From positions 9,672,001 to 9,736,000 of the forward strand of contig OZ316775.1 of NCBI GenBank assembly GCA_973851085.1: a DNA stretch of 64,000 bases. The letters run 5' to 3'. The position numbers were made by a program, and so were the translations under genes. The stretch comes from Ptychomitrium polyphyllum. Its lineage: Eukaryota. Shown here one piece after another: positions 12,326 through 24,648 of the stretch; positions within the stretch are counted from its first letter, which is position 1, and each line of letters starts with the position of its first letter. The notes under the pieces are model-generated. The model was not told the origin of the DNA. It searched no databases and was given only the letters and a program-made list of their open reading frames with translations.

Positions 12326-15300
12326 ATGGAGAAGGTGCCTATCGAGAACTGGAATAGCTCACGAGTGCGTGCAGCAGAGGCTATGGTGAGGAACATGGAG
12401 GCCCATGTGCGGCTTCTTGAGGAACAGAAGGACTGTCTGGGCGTTTGGAAAATCGACAAACTCAAAAGCTTGGAAGCACAAGTAAAACAGCTGGAACAAC
12501 AACGTGATTTCTTGGCAATGTGGAAGCCGGATGTACATTCTGGCCTGGACTCTGAGGGTTCACATGTAGACATCCAGCTTGTGGCTAAGGATGACGGACG
12601 TGTCCATGCACACAAGGCTGTTCTGGTTAGGCTTGTCTGTTCCCGCTGGTTGATCAGTGAATTTTGTAGATATAAATCGTGATGTGGTTGCACTTACGTA
12701 ATTGCAGAGGCCTTTCGTTTGATTTCGATACTTTGATTTACTTATATTCAATTTTACAGCTTGACAGAGGTGTCTCTAGGTTCTCGTGCTCTATTGTAAG
12801 ACATGAAAGAGGTTGTTCCTGTGAGGGGTTCTTGATGTAAACCTGTAGATAATTTTTGATTTTGTGTCTGAGAATGCAAGTACTTGTTTCGTGCAGGCAG
12901 CAAGATCTCAAGAGTTCGAAAACCTCTTTCGTGTCAAAGTAAAAGATAATGTTGTAGAAATGGCTGATATGTCTCACCAAGAGCTCTGCACATTTGTGAG
13001 GTTTTTCTACACAGCTTCAGTGGATCCTAAGTTGGTGGTGAAGCACTCTTCGTCTCTTTTGCAAGCAGCAGATAAGTACAAGGTTGAGTATCTTAGGTCA
13101 GTCTGCGAGGAGGCTTTGGTGGCCAACATTTGTAAGGAAAATGCCATCTCCATATTCGTAGTTGCTAAGAGACATTGCTCTGAAGCCATCTTAGATGCCC
13201 TACTAAAGGAGGCGACAAGCATGGGAGAATTATCAACTTTTGACGAGTATAAGCAGTACTGTCAAATAGATGCGAAACTGTTATTGGAGCTGTACGAGAA
13301 GTTTTTAGAATTGAAGAAGGCTAAGAGCTCCAAGAAGCGTCGTGCCAAAGGTAAGTTTTCCATTTCTGGTGTCTGACTTATCAAGTCATCTTATCTCTTG
13401 GAGCTTTTTGTTTGTACAACATCTATTACTAATGATTGTGGGTAATATTTTGATGATTATATCTCCTTTGGTTGTTCAGATGCAAATGCAGGTGCATGTT
13501 CGCCTTCTCCGGAGTTGGGTGCAGTGTCGCAAAATGCCGAAAACATCACTGCAGAACCTTTAGAGGAGATAGTGATCACAAATGTATTTGAGGCAATGAA
13601 TGATAAAGTAGAGGCCGACGGGCTGGTTGAAGATTATGAGAAGGGCAAAGACAAAGCAAAGCTACATAAGTCGGAAAGTGGGAGGAAAAAACCGAAGGAT
13701 AACATCCCTTCTGCTACTCCCGGTATGCTTATTTAAACATGGTTTCTCTCTCATCGTAATGATACAGCTCAATGTTTTCCGAAGCGGGTCATCTTCATCT
13801 ACAGAATTTGATAATGCTTTTATTTGACGAGGATCATGTTTATGGTATTTACCGCTCCTCCTTTGCTCCTCTGGATTGCTTGATACTGTGTTGTCTTGAC
13901 AGTTGAGTCTTTGCGTAGATATTGAGCTGATGTGTCTTTTCTTTGGGACAGGGAGGATACTTATGCCTTATGATACTCCCATGATGCAAGGCTCGCCGTA
14001 TGGAATTCCCCCTTTTATGCCTTCCTTCATGCCTCACTACATGTCGGCTATGTACCCAGGCAACTCAATGCACGCGTGAGTACATGCTCTCTGCTCTCTG
14101 CTTCTAAGTATGGTCTTTGGATTCTGCAGTGTTGGTTTTTTACTGTAAATGTGTAACCAGCCTGTTCAGAAACTTTGCGGCCGCTGGTCATACAGCAGCC
14201 GTTATAAACAAGGTTGATTTTCTGAAGATAGTGCATTATGTCCTTGAAATTTACCCTGTAGTGCTGTAGACCTATCCAAATAATGCTAGCTCTGAACAAA
14301 TATTTCAGATTTTATTTTATTATTAGTTTTTTGTGGTGTGCATCGATTCTCCTTGCGAAATAAAAACTTGGGGTTGCTACTCGCATTTTCCACTACTTTG
14401 CACCACCTTACTGACGATGAAGGATGTTGGTGTTTCAGGTTTTTCAGTGCGCAGAGGCCTCCAGTGATAATGCCTTCAGAGCCACCTGTTAATCATCTCA
14501 AGCCATTAGCGATAAAAAAGGGTAGGCAGGAATTTACGTTCTGAACCTTATTAGCGGGATTTTTCTGTGGCCGTAGCAGTTGTCTATCATTCAGGTCAAA
14601 TCAATCTGCGATTTTACATTTGTAGCATTCGATGTTTACTCTTGTATTGATTAAGTATGTCTGGATGCGCTTTGGAACACATTTACACCATCTGTTCTTG
14701 ATAGCATCATTTGACTAAAAATCCCCTGTCCCTATTTATACAATTTTCTACAGATGTTCAAACCAAAAAGTCACCATCACCAAACAAGAAGCCAAAAGAG
14801 GCCAGTATCATGTCTACTCTACCGCAAGGGGTTTTTTGGAAGAAGAAACATTACCGGGCTTCAATTGTTGTTAATGGGAAAAATCATATTTTAGGCAACA
14901 GCAAGAGCTTGGAAGAGGCTACACATATGTATGACCGGTAATCAATTCTTTCACCACTACTCATTCACATGGTTTTAAGGGGCCACTATCAAGCAACGGA
15001 TCCATAGAATTCTGACTTTTTGGGATGTAACTGTATTAGGAATCAGTTTCTGTCCGAGTCTTACAGATGTAGATGAAACGCAGTGTATCATCTTAATTAG
15101 TAACGCCAAGATGGAGCTAGGATAGAAGGGAGTATCAAGTTTACCATGTACATTACTACCCTCATTCTGGTTTTCTTCACTTTCAGGGCTGCTTATGTGT
15201 GCGGCAGGGAGACTAATTCCGACCTTCCGGAGAAAGAAAAACAAGAGCTGGAGGGATTGTTATGGGAGGAATTTTTGGATTTCCCCACAGAGTCAGAATT

Positions 15301-15808
15301 AGAAGCGAGTAAGCTGGGTGTCGCAGGCTATTTCTGATCTTATCCTGCTTACCTATTCCATTTCTATGAACGCGTCATATCTAAAGAGCATTCTACGTTT
15401 TCCCCTGGGGAATTTACAACAGAAAAGGGGGAAATTAGTTCCTCAAACTTTCTAATCTTAAAACTGTAAGTCTACATAGAAAGCTTCAGCAACTACTTTG
15501 CGTCTTTTTTGTTGTAATTCCCCTGGGGGAAATAGCAGAATGCTCCTTATGCGCATGATACATGGATGGCTTTTCTCTATCTTTGAGTTGCACCTTTTAT
15601 TAAGGCAATAAGTCTTGGTTGTCGTGCCTACAGTAATTTCAAGTATCTGTTCTCGAGATTACCAGCAGATTCTAGGAGTTCCATTTGCCCTGTAGTAAGT
15701 ACTGGTCTTGTATCCTGGGTTCGTTTCGCAGAAAAGCAAAAGCAAGGTAACTCTGACGCTGGTGTAACTTCATCAATCCTACCTCAGTCCTGGTTGGAGG
15801 AGTACTAG
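12326..15808 (+). CDS. BTB/POZ-domain protein fused to a soloist-type (At4g13040-like) AP2/ERF domain; predicted exons 12326-12625, 12897-13350, 13480-13722, 13952-14075, 14439(or 14448)-14521, 14754-14937, 15187-15308, 15732-15808
   Basis: BTB motifs DIQLVAKD..RVHAHKAVL|AARSQEF, VEMADMS..EL..FVRFFYT, LLQAADKYKVEYLRSVCEEAL. AP2-like GVFWKKKHYRASIVVNGKNHILG.....EEATHMYDR|AAYVCGRETN..L.EKEKQEL..L.WEEFL. All seven introns are GT-AG and phase-compatible, giving one ORF to TAG at 15806-15808. Confidence 0.8.
15386..15545. repeat. Imperfect inverted repeat (~43-bp arms) inside the last coding intron of the BTB-AP2 gene
   Basis: GAGCATTCTACGTTTTCCCCTGGGGAATTTACAACAGAAAAG (from 15386) pairs with CTTTTTTGTTGTAATTCCCCTGGGGGAAATAGCAGAATGCTC (15504-15545). 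Confidence 0.85.
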
Positions 15809-17865
15809 CGTCACCGCACTATGAACACAGGATTTGGTAGTGGGCACAAGGTAACCTTGTTATAAACTAATTCTCTAATACCTTATGATACTATAATGGG
15901 TGAGAGGTGTATGCTATCAGATTTGTTGGTTTAACATGCTCCAGAGGTCAAGTAGTTTTATTCGAATGTTGTGCTTGTTTGTCTAGCCTCTGTTTCTGTA
16001 AGTTTAGTTGTATTGGTTTACTGCAGGTTATTGGAAGAGATATATTGATATACTGTGACCTAATCTGCTAGAGTCCCGAGGACTCGGTGTATGCATTACA
16101 CTAACGACACTTGCTGTCACGTGCTTTTTGAGCTCTTCATTTGTACTCATTCGTTTCATGTAGCTGCCAATTCTAAATTCGAGTTGAGAATTCGCCTTTA
16201 TGTACATGACCTCCAGGTATTCTCAAAGGAAAGGCAGCGTTAGCCTGCGGAAAGGCAAGAGGACCGAAGCTCTAAATGTCATCCTGTACTCAAATATTGG
16301 GACTGAGAATATTATACTGGGTTACTGGGAGAGCATGATGAATGAAAGACATGCAGATTATGAGGATTTTAGATGTCTTCTCGACAGGTGTCGTAACTCA
16401 CTTAGAATCAATATTAGTTCATATACATGCTTTTAACTTATGGAAATTAAATGCGTTTATTTATCAGTGACTTCCTTCTAAAGTTCCAAGTGTTGCAGAG
16501 GTGACCAATAATGCATTTTCCCCTCAGTTGGAAACGGAAAGAGAAGCTTTGGAGGAAAAGACTGTAGTAGCAGAAGTGGGTAAGATGCTTTTCAAACAAA
16601 TCGATCATCTTTGATTATCTTTTTTACAATGACAATTATTTACTGCTGATTATATTTCAGTAACTTTAGATACACATCAATACCCGTAGAGATATTGAAG
16701 TTTTAAATATCTTTTACAATTAAACACTACTATGCTGCGCGTGTCATCCTTCATTGATTCGCTTTGCATGACTTCTTTTGCTTCACTGATGTCGCCAGAT
16801 TGGGTGGAAAATTGTCACAGGTGAGAAGTTATTCTGGTTAACAGCAATTATGTTGTAGGTGGTTGTAAGCTACACTACACTTTCTCACGTGGTCAAATGT
16901 GCCACAGTGAGTATGCGTTATAGATACTATATATAAGTATGCCACATAGATACTACTGTGACATTTTGTAATTGCAATGGGGTCTATAATATATGGTTTA
17001 ACTTGTGTATACTTAGTTATTGTTAACCACAAACAATCTACTATCTTTATAGCGTGAAGATTGTAGGAAATATCATGGTCACAACTAACTAGCCAAACCA
17101 GTGCACGATAGTTAATGAGACAGTAATGTAATGGAGAACTTATTTTCCTTGCTATTATACCCAAACTTTTGTTTGAATTATTGTGCAGAGGCTTTTGATG
17201 TGCCACAGCAATGTTAAAAGCACTGGTTGGCGGAAGTATAGACTTTTAATTAAACTATCTTTTTGGAAATGAAGCATGAATATCTAGCATCACCCGGTGC
17301 TAGATTTTTCCATATAATTCGAATTATAGACAACTATATGTCTGAATGTTCACATGTGCATTTGATTTGCCATAGATGAATATTACTTGGGCAATGTTGC
17401 AATTATTACTACACTGAAAGTGTGACTTAGTGTTTGAGAGAATGATGTCATCTACTGAGATACAGAGATTCGTCAAGAGAAGAAATAGTGGATACATGGG
17501 CATACTCTGCGTACAAAAGTCCCAATAATTGCTAATAATTGCCAACAAGGAGGGCTGGACACGTGTACTTCATCTGTATTTAACACTGAGGTGGACGCAT
17601 CTGTAGGTACAGAGTATAGTGGTCTATTTGGCTCCACATACCTTTATAGTTTAAACAAATTAACAAAGGATTGCAGTCAAGTCAAGGTAATTGTAGGGAC
17701 CATTACCCACACCCACGTAAATTGATCTTGGACTTGCCGGCCCAGGATTGGTGAGTTAGAATTGGAGGATTGTTTCTCACAACCAACTGAGCCATTGGAG
17801 CCATCCGATCAACTGATGAGAACATACCTGGACATTTGATATTCAGCAATACCTCTTATTGAATC

Positions 17866-19612
17866 TCAAGGGTCAATAGCAAAGGTGGGGTGAAAAGTGA
17901 AAGTGGTGTGCCGCTCAATTAGGTCAGCGGAGGAAGCAATCGGGCACTGTGGGAGCCAAAACCAAACATCATTTCGCTGACAATAAACCGCCACAATTAA
18001 GTCGCGGTTGGGAGCATTCCCCGTCACGCACAGCTGCTTGCCCGATGCAACGCACCCTCCGATGTATGCAAAGTCCATGTACACCAGGTGCGGCATCTGG
18101 ATCACCTGGTACAGCATCAAACAACAGTCATACGCATCCACCAATAAATTTGTAAAAAGCTCCAAGTTTTGCAATCCATTCAAAAAGATGAGGCTTGCTA
18201 GCCATAATCTAATGGAGTGATGTTTACAGAGTCTAAGGCATTGGTTACATCACAACATGTACACATTCCGAAAATGATGTAGCCCAACCATGAAACCCCA
18301 CTTCTTGCTCATCTGTTGCTCATCGAAGCACTCTCCGAAATTGATTCCAGCTCCATATAAGAAAGTACTCAGGCGACGGCCTCCAGGCATGCTTATGTGT
18401 TGGAATCAACTCGGGAGTGCTTTGCCATGCACCTAATCATTGCATGCATGCAAATCACGGCGACGGTTTTCACGTGAACACGGTTACCAACTTCCACTCT
18501 TTCGTTCCGAAGTCGAGGTGGAAGATCGCGCAGCTCGTGATCCGCGCCGGCGAGCCGGACAACAAGTGCATCACCGTGAGGAGATTCCCCTCGCACTCGA
18601 ACAAGTACGGCGTGCAGTAAGTGTTGGTGGGGATGATGTGCTTGATCTCGCTCCACTCGTTCTCGTCGATGTTGTACACCAGCAGGATGTCGTACATCGT
18701 CATGGGTCGGCTGGCGAAGTAGTACACCGCGCCGTTGCAGATCGCGCCGTTGGAGAAAGGAAACCTTAGGCTCGGCAAGAGCTTGCCACCTTTGGTCCAG
18801 GCTCCGCGTGCTGAGTCGTAGATCTCCGTCGCGGAGTACCGTTCGTCTTCTGGGTGGTAGTTTTGGTTGCCGGAGAGGATGAGTTTGTAGGAGTTGCTTC
18901 TGGCGTCGTGGAACATGATGCGGACGAGGGGAAATGACCAGGAGCTTAAGAAGCTGGGTAACTCTGTTTCGTAGTTTGTTAAGGGATTCCACACAGTGAG
19001 GCTCTTGATGACATCGATGTCGCCCACTTCGAGAACGCAGAGGAGGCCGAGGCTAGCGACGTAGATTTCACGCTTCTTGTATTTGTCTTCTGATCTATTA
19101 TAGAAGTCTGGCATGAGCTGCCATTGTCGTTCTGAGTTGTCGTAAATTGCCCACCGGAAGCCCAGGCGGTTGTAGACGTAGCAGATGGCGGGGTGGGGGG
19201 CCATGGCGGGAGATTTCACGTCTAAGCACATTCTGTTGAAGTCGGAGCTTTGTATCATGTTCGACCAGCTCTTGCAAACGACTCGCATTTGAAACAACAT
19301 TCGAAGTGGTAGGAAGGACAATACCCTTATCAGCACTTCGTCGGGAACTTGAGCCCAGACTGTGTCGTCCATGATCGTCTCCCTTGATCCCGGCAAGACT
19401 TCTTGCGGCATTAGCTGTGTCCATATCATTTCACTAAGACTCGTATCGAGTATTCTCTCCTCAATAACACTGTCGCCTGTATTGGCACCTTCTCTTGAAT
19501 CAGATTCAGTTTCTGGATCTTCTATATGAGGATTAGTAGCGTCCTCTGCATCCTCTGGAAATGGATCAACTGCAATATTGTCTTCCATGACATTAATTGT
19601 ATCGTCGTCCAT
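17866..19612 (-). CDS. F-box protein with kelch/FBA-like beta-propeller; exons 19612-18488 and 18105-17866
   Basis: F-box WAQVPDEVLIRVLSFLPLRMLFQMRVVCKSWS, then ASLGLLCV, VWNPLTN..TELP, TEIYDSARGAW, GAICNGAVY, VYNIDENEWS. Splicing TTG|GTAACC...CAG|GTG gives EWKL|VIQMPH...WFWLPQCP...TFHPT. Confidence 0.9.
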
Positions 19613-20653
19613 GTGAGGTTCAGTTGTATTCTCTTCCCTGAGTCATAAACGGGCCACCAGCTGATGGCTGGAGCCCGAGTCAAAGGGATTGCAAAGTGAT
19701 GCAAAGTGCAACCCGAAAATAGTTAGAAAAATGTTTCGACCGAACTTACTCCAGCTTTTATGGTTACGGTTACATGTCTCTTAACAAGTACCTACTGCTG
19801 AAGAATATCAAAGACCGTACAATTCAGAACCAATGTGATGTGTAACTACACAGAACAGTTGCGTACAGGACAAAGACGTACGAAATTGTTAGCATCATAG
19901 CAACCAGGTCGTGTTCTCTCAAGAATTTCCATTTGCATGCAAGGAATGAATCCACAAGAGGTCCATGATAGTTAGTCCGTCCCGATAATACTGCATGCAA
20001 CAACCATGACTTGGACATAGGACATAAGTTGTCCTTTGGGCTTGAACAGGTTGGTAAAGGAGGAAGGACTACCTTCCGGAAGATGTGGGAATCAGCACGG
20101 CTGTAATGTTAGCCAGACACCTGGAGATAGGCAGGAGGCGAAGACCATGCCACACTTATGGTGTAGCGGAGATTCTTATCCGTGGAGGCTTGCTTTGACT
20201 AGAACAAAATTTTGTTCAGTCTTGAACAGGAAAATTATACAAAACTAGCAGAACTTCTTACTCAAGGCTTCACAAAGCAATATTGGCTCCAGGTGCAGAG
20301 GATTATTCTTACTGATTTGCTGGACAACTGAGCCCTATACTGCTAGACAGTGAGTCAAAGGTTTACCATTTTTCAACTCGAATAGGAAGTCGATTGTAAC
20401 CCACAAGCAGAGGAGGACAGGGAAGGGTGAAGAAGACTACCTACGAAGGCGATGGAGTGCAAAACAGCATGAAGAGCAACTGAATTGATCTTCTCATGTT
20501 CCTATGCGGGCATTCATGTTGTGGCTGTTTTTCTCGTCATGCTGTTCCTGCTAACATGCTCTTCTTCAACCATACAGGCAACACAGAACTGCATTCAAAG
20601 GAAAGCTGTTGCAGGAGACTTGAGGCTGTGAGCTGACATCGGAAGCTGGTCAA

Positions 20654-21244
20654 ATGAGCCAAGAAAATTCTTGCGAATCTTCCCAGGGGAGCAACTTCTC
20701 GGAGGAATTCTCCACCGATGCCTTAGCTTCGGCGGCATCTGATGAAACACACGATCATGATAGGAACTCTGCTGCCACTCTTTGGGTCGATGTACCAAAG
20801 GACAACGAACGCATATTGCGCTGCTTCTACCACGCACTTGCCGGGGGCAACACTGGGTTACTGAGCCATCTGCTGGCCGAAGACCTGGATCTCTGGTTCC
20901 ATGGGCCTCGCTGCCACCAACACATGAGCAAGTTGTTCACGGGGGTCACCTCCTTCCGATCCGTGACCCTAAATCCATCGAGCATTTTTGCGACTCGCAA
21001 TATCGTGGTTGTGGAGGGCGAAGACGTTTGCGGAGAGGTTGCATGGGTGCATATATGGACGGTGGAGGAGGGGAAACTGATTCAGCTGCGTGAGTACTGG
21101 AACACAGCTCTCTCAATCCATTTCATTGCCTGCCTAACCTCAGATTGCGGGACGCTGCTGGAATCAACATCTTCGATTGTCTGGCATAGCAAGCTGTGGC
21201 AAGCTATGGGAAACACCAAACCAGGGCTTATCTTGACGATTTGA
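20654..21244 (+). CDS. Wound-induced protein 1 / SAG20-like (NTF2/SnoaL-like fold)
   Basis: FYHALAGG..LLAEDLDLWFHGP..HQHM, VVVEG, WVHIWTV..GKLIQLREYWNTAL, VWHSKL...PGLILTI match the WUN1/SAG20 family. The CDS is intronless. Confidence 0.9.
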   Translation: MSQENSCESSQGSNFSEEFSTDALASAASDETHDHDRNSAATLWVDVPKDNERILRCFYHALAGGNTGLLSHLLAEDLDLWFHGPRCHQHMSKLFTGVTSFRSVTLNPSSIFATRNIVVVEGEDVCGEVAWVHIWTVEEGKLIQLREYWNTALSIHFIACLTSDCGTLLESTSSIVWHSKLWQAMGNTKPGLILTI

Positions 21245-23097
21245 AGCAAATCGTTCCTAATCTAGTCTTGCACCAAAGCAGGATCATTTAAGGATCACTT
21301 CATTCTTCTGTCTAACACATGTGTCAATAAGGTTAGCATGATCCGAGTCTACTCCAGAGCTGATGTCAAATCCTTTTTAGTCGCGCGATCCAGTTGATCT
21401 GTCATGCACCTGCCGTAGGGTTGTGATGCTAGGATTAAGAACCTTCGCTCATATAGGGGCAGCTGAAAATGACACACAAGACTGATAGCTGTAATTCTTC
21501 GTTTTCGAATTTTCTATGCTTGAAATTGAATGGATTTCGTAACAGAAGCTAAGAATTCGATCTTCACATCTTACCTACAATGCTTTCGAAGCTAAAAAGT
21601 TCACGGCCGACGGAGACTCACAACACAGAACAGAGTAGATAGTATAATTTACCTTCGCATTAGATCTTGATCTTGAAACAACTCTCAGATCCTTGGAGCT
21701 CAAGATCTTCGTCTTTCAGCATCCGATATCTATTCCTCGAATTCATTACCCGTTTGCAAAATAAAGATCATCATGACCCCCACAGTTTGTATGAAGACCT
21801 GGAATACCAGAATTACTAAACTTCCACGCTTGGAGATGATATAGACTGCAGATACGAGAAGAATGAATCTCCTTCACAACGATTACGTGGTGCTAGTGGT
21901 GAAAGAGAAACATGAAGCAACTTTTCCTTGGAGGATGGTTTTGATATGTTTACGGAAGAGAAGTGTTGATGGTTGCGACTGTTGGGAGCGAAGAGACAAA
22001 GACTATTGTTGGATTGCATGCCTTTCACGTGGAATCAACTTAACCAACAGCAATGTCTGAATTTTCCAAATGACTGCTGACAATTCTACCCTCTATTCAG
22101 TCGTCGAACATCTCCCAACCCCTAGGAAAACAATCTGAATACTCGCCGCCATGGTTCTGTTCAAAGCGTCAGTGCAGCTAACAGAGCTACAATGAATGGC
22201 GACATAGGGGCACACGACATATGATGCCGCTATGACGAGAATTTAATCGCGGAACGAGACAGTAGTGTTGGCTACAAGGGCTCGTCACATAATTGTGGTT
22301 TGGTTTTCACTCTGGAATCTTGTGAATTGAGGGCACAGAGATTACAAATGTATTGCTTTAAGGCGTGCCACAACTTCGATTGTAAGGCGATTGGAGACTG
22401 CAAATCAAACAACTGCTTGTTATCTTGTTCATGAGATAGAACAACCTTTCCTAAGAATCGCCACATAGCAGTACCTAGACAGGCGAGGAGCGCATTTTGC
22501 TCGTGCTGGATTGCAATGCTCGTTTGCACAAAAAGCGGGCGCACACATATATATCCATTGATCAGATACAGCACAGATGTAGAGCATTCTTAAGATATAT
22601 CAAATGGCAGAGTTTAGGGCAACTCACATACGCAAACATCAGAGGCCAGAAATTGGGTGACAGTCAAACAACTTTGATCAATCGATCAATTCCAAGCAAT
22701 TGATCATTGGTGTTTTGTGAATCTACATGGGGAGCTTGCCCTTGCAAACAACTAGGTCTACTAATTACTACGCTGTTCCTAAGGAGCCTCTCACGTACAC
22801 GAAAGAATCATGTGCTCTGCATCAAGAACGCCATAGCTCCCATTCTCAACTGCCTGCTATTAGATGCTGCCAACTTCCGAAGAAGATAAGACCATCTTCA
22901 CGTTGCCGCCGTAACCTTGTAATCAGTATCCACAACCTGCATACGACTAACTTTCTGCACAACGAAGGAGCTAGAGCAGCCGATATAAGAATACCCTAAA
23001 CACATGGCAACATACAAACAACCCAAGTTAGATGACCGGCCTTTAGAAAAGAATCAGCGAACAACATAGAGCATAGAAAACGATCGAGATAGAGAAT

Positions 23098-23724
23098 TCA
23101 ATTTTCGAAGACAATCTTGGGCTTGTTGGCAGCGCTCGGAGGATAGTTATCGGGTTCGACTGGTTCCCAAGCGCGTTTCACTTTCCTCGTCGTATCGTAA
23201 GGATCTACAAAAACCTCGTTCTGCTTCGAGAGGATCTCGCACTCCTCCCGCACCAGCTTCGTCAGCATTTTCTCGTCCGCGGGATCCCACTTCGTCCCCT
23301 TGAGACGCGACAGCAGCTTGAAGCCCTTGACGAAACGAAACACCCACCGGTCTAAGAGGGTCGGGTAGTCGTTCCCGTAGTGGCCCTTGCCGTGTGCTTT
23401 GAGTGCCACATGAGCGTCGCAGTACGCGCGCTCGATGTAGAGGTCGAACGGCTCGTCTTTGTTGCGAACGCAGACGTGTTTCAGGATCTGTTCGATGCGA
23501 CGGTTGCGGTAGTCATGACGATCGTGGTCCTTAAGCCACTGCGGATTGTTGGCAAACGTCTCGGAGTCGTCCGGTTGCGGTCTGTCGCAGTCGGACCAGC
23601 GGATCTCTACCTCGGAGTCGTAGAAATCTGCCGCCCTCGTCTTCGAAGGGTCTGTGTAGGAGTATTCTCTCGTCTTATGAAGCTTAATTGTGAGCGGATG
23701 GAGCTTATCTTCACGTTGCGACAT
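23098..23724 (-). CDS. Hypothetical protein, 208 aa, no recognised domain
   Basis: Uninterrupted ATG-to-stop ORF, more GC-rich than its flanks, with natural hydrophilic composition. A telo-box-like AACCCTAACCC lies ~25 bp upstream of the ATG. Confidence 0.7.
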   Translation of the reverse strand: MSQREDKLHPLTIKLHKTREYSYTDPSKTRAADFYDSEVEIRWSDCDRPQPDDSETFANNPQWLKDHDRHDYRNRRIEQILKHVCVRNKDEPFDLYIERAYCDAHVALKAHGKGHYGNDYPTLLDRWVFRFVKGFKLLSRLKGTKWDPADEKMLTKLVREECEILSKQNEVFVDPYDTTRKVKRAWEPVEPDNYPPSAANKPKIVFEN

Positions 23725-24648
23725 TTTCGCAACTTCACCTTGCCGGGGTTAGGGTTAGAAGCTTACCTGAGAGGCTCGCCTTGCAGCGAAGAACGGCTCT
23801 AATCCTGATGGCTGAGACCAAAACAATGAAAGATTCTGTGCAAGTCAGTAGCAATAGTCAGTTGATCGAATTCTCCTGTTGTGAGATTGTATCAGTTGGT
23901 CATACTCCAAGCTCTAAGCGACAAGTCGATCGAACAAGTGCGACGTTAGTGCAAAACTCACATGTAAGTCCTACCCTGTGCAAGCCGAGGAAAAAACTAG
24001 ACAAGCGAGGCAGGATTTTCAACCGACGCCGCTCATATAAAGCGACCCAGGAACCTCAACGGACGTAACCTTTCAATCTGCACTTCCTGCAGTGTAATCT
24101 CGTGTGATAATCACATGTCAATTGCAACTGAGATCACCTTGGTGACATGGATCTGCATCCAAGGATGGATAAGAAATGGAAGTAGTCACAACGATAGGAA
24201 ACCTATGTCTTTGCACCGGATGCAGACTCCGCACAAATTCTATCACAAGCTACTGTACATGAAGCTGTTTTAATAACGAAGTGCAGAGTCACATGCAAAA
24301 TGCCAAAGCAGCTCAATGCATCGAATATACGTTAAAAAGTAAGGCTCAAGTTGAATGTAAACAAAAGGGTTTTTCCTTTAATTGATCGCAACATCAAATG
24401 AACAAAATGCTAGTTTAGGCTGAAGTTCAGTTGCTTTGATAGAGGCATGAGATACACAACTATGTGAGCATGCAGCAAAGCAGATACCAGCTCAAAAACC
24501 TAGAGATTAATTTGTAGTCATCTAGAAGTACATATTCATGTTTCCCCAGTAGTGCTCTAAACTACTAGAGGAAGAAAAACATATCGGAATGTCAATAAGA
24601 AAGCATAAACTATCTCAAAATGTAGGTAAGTACTACGTCGAGTGACGT

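Noticed and set aside
18393..18992. 199-aa alternative-frame ORF and other ORFs overlapping the F-box gene
   Set aside because: Shadow frames of a GC-rich CDS with no protein motifs.
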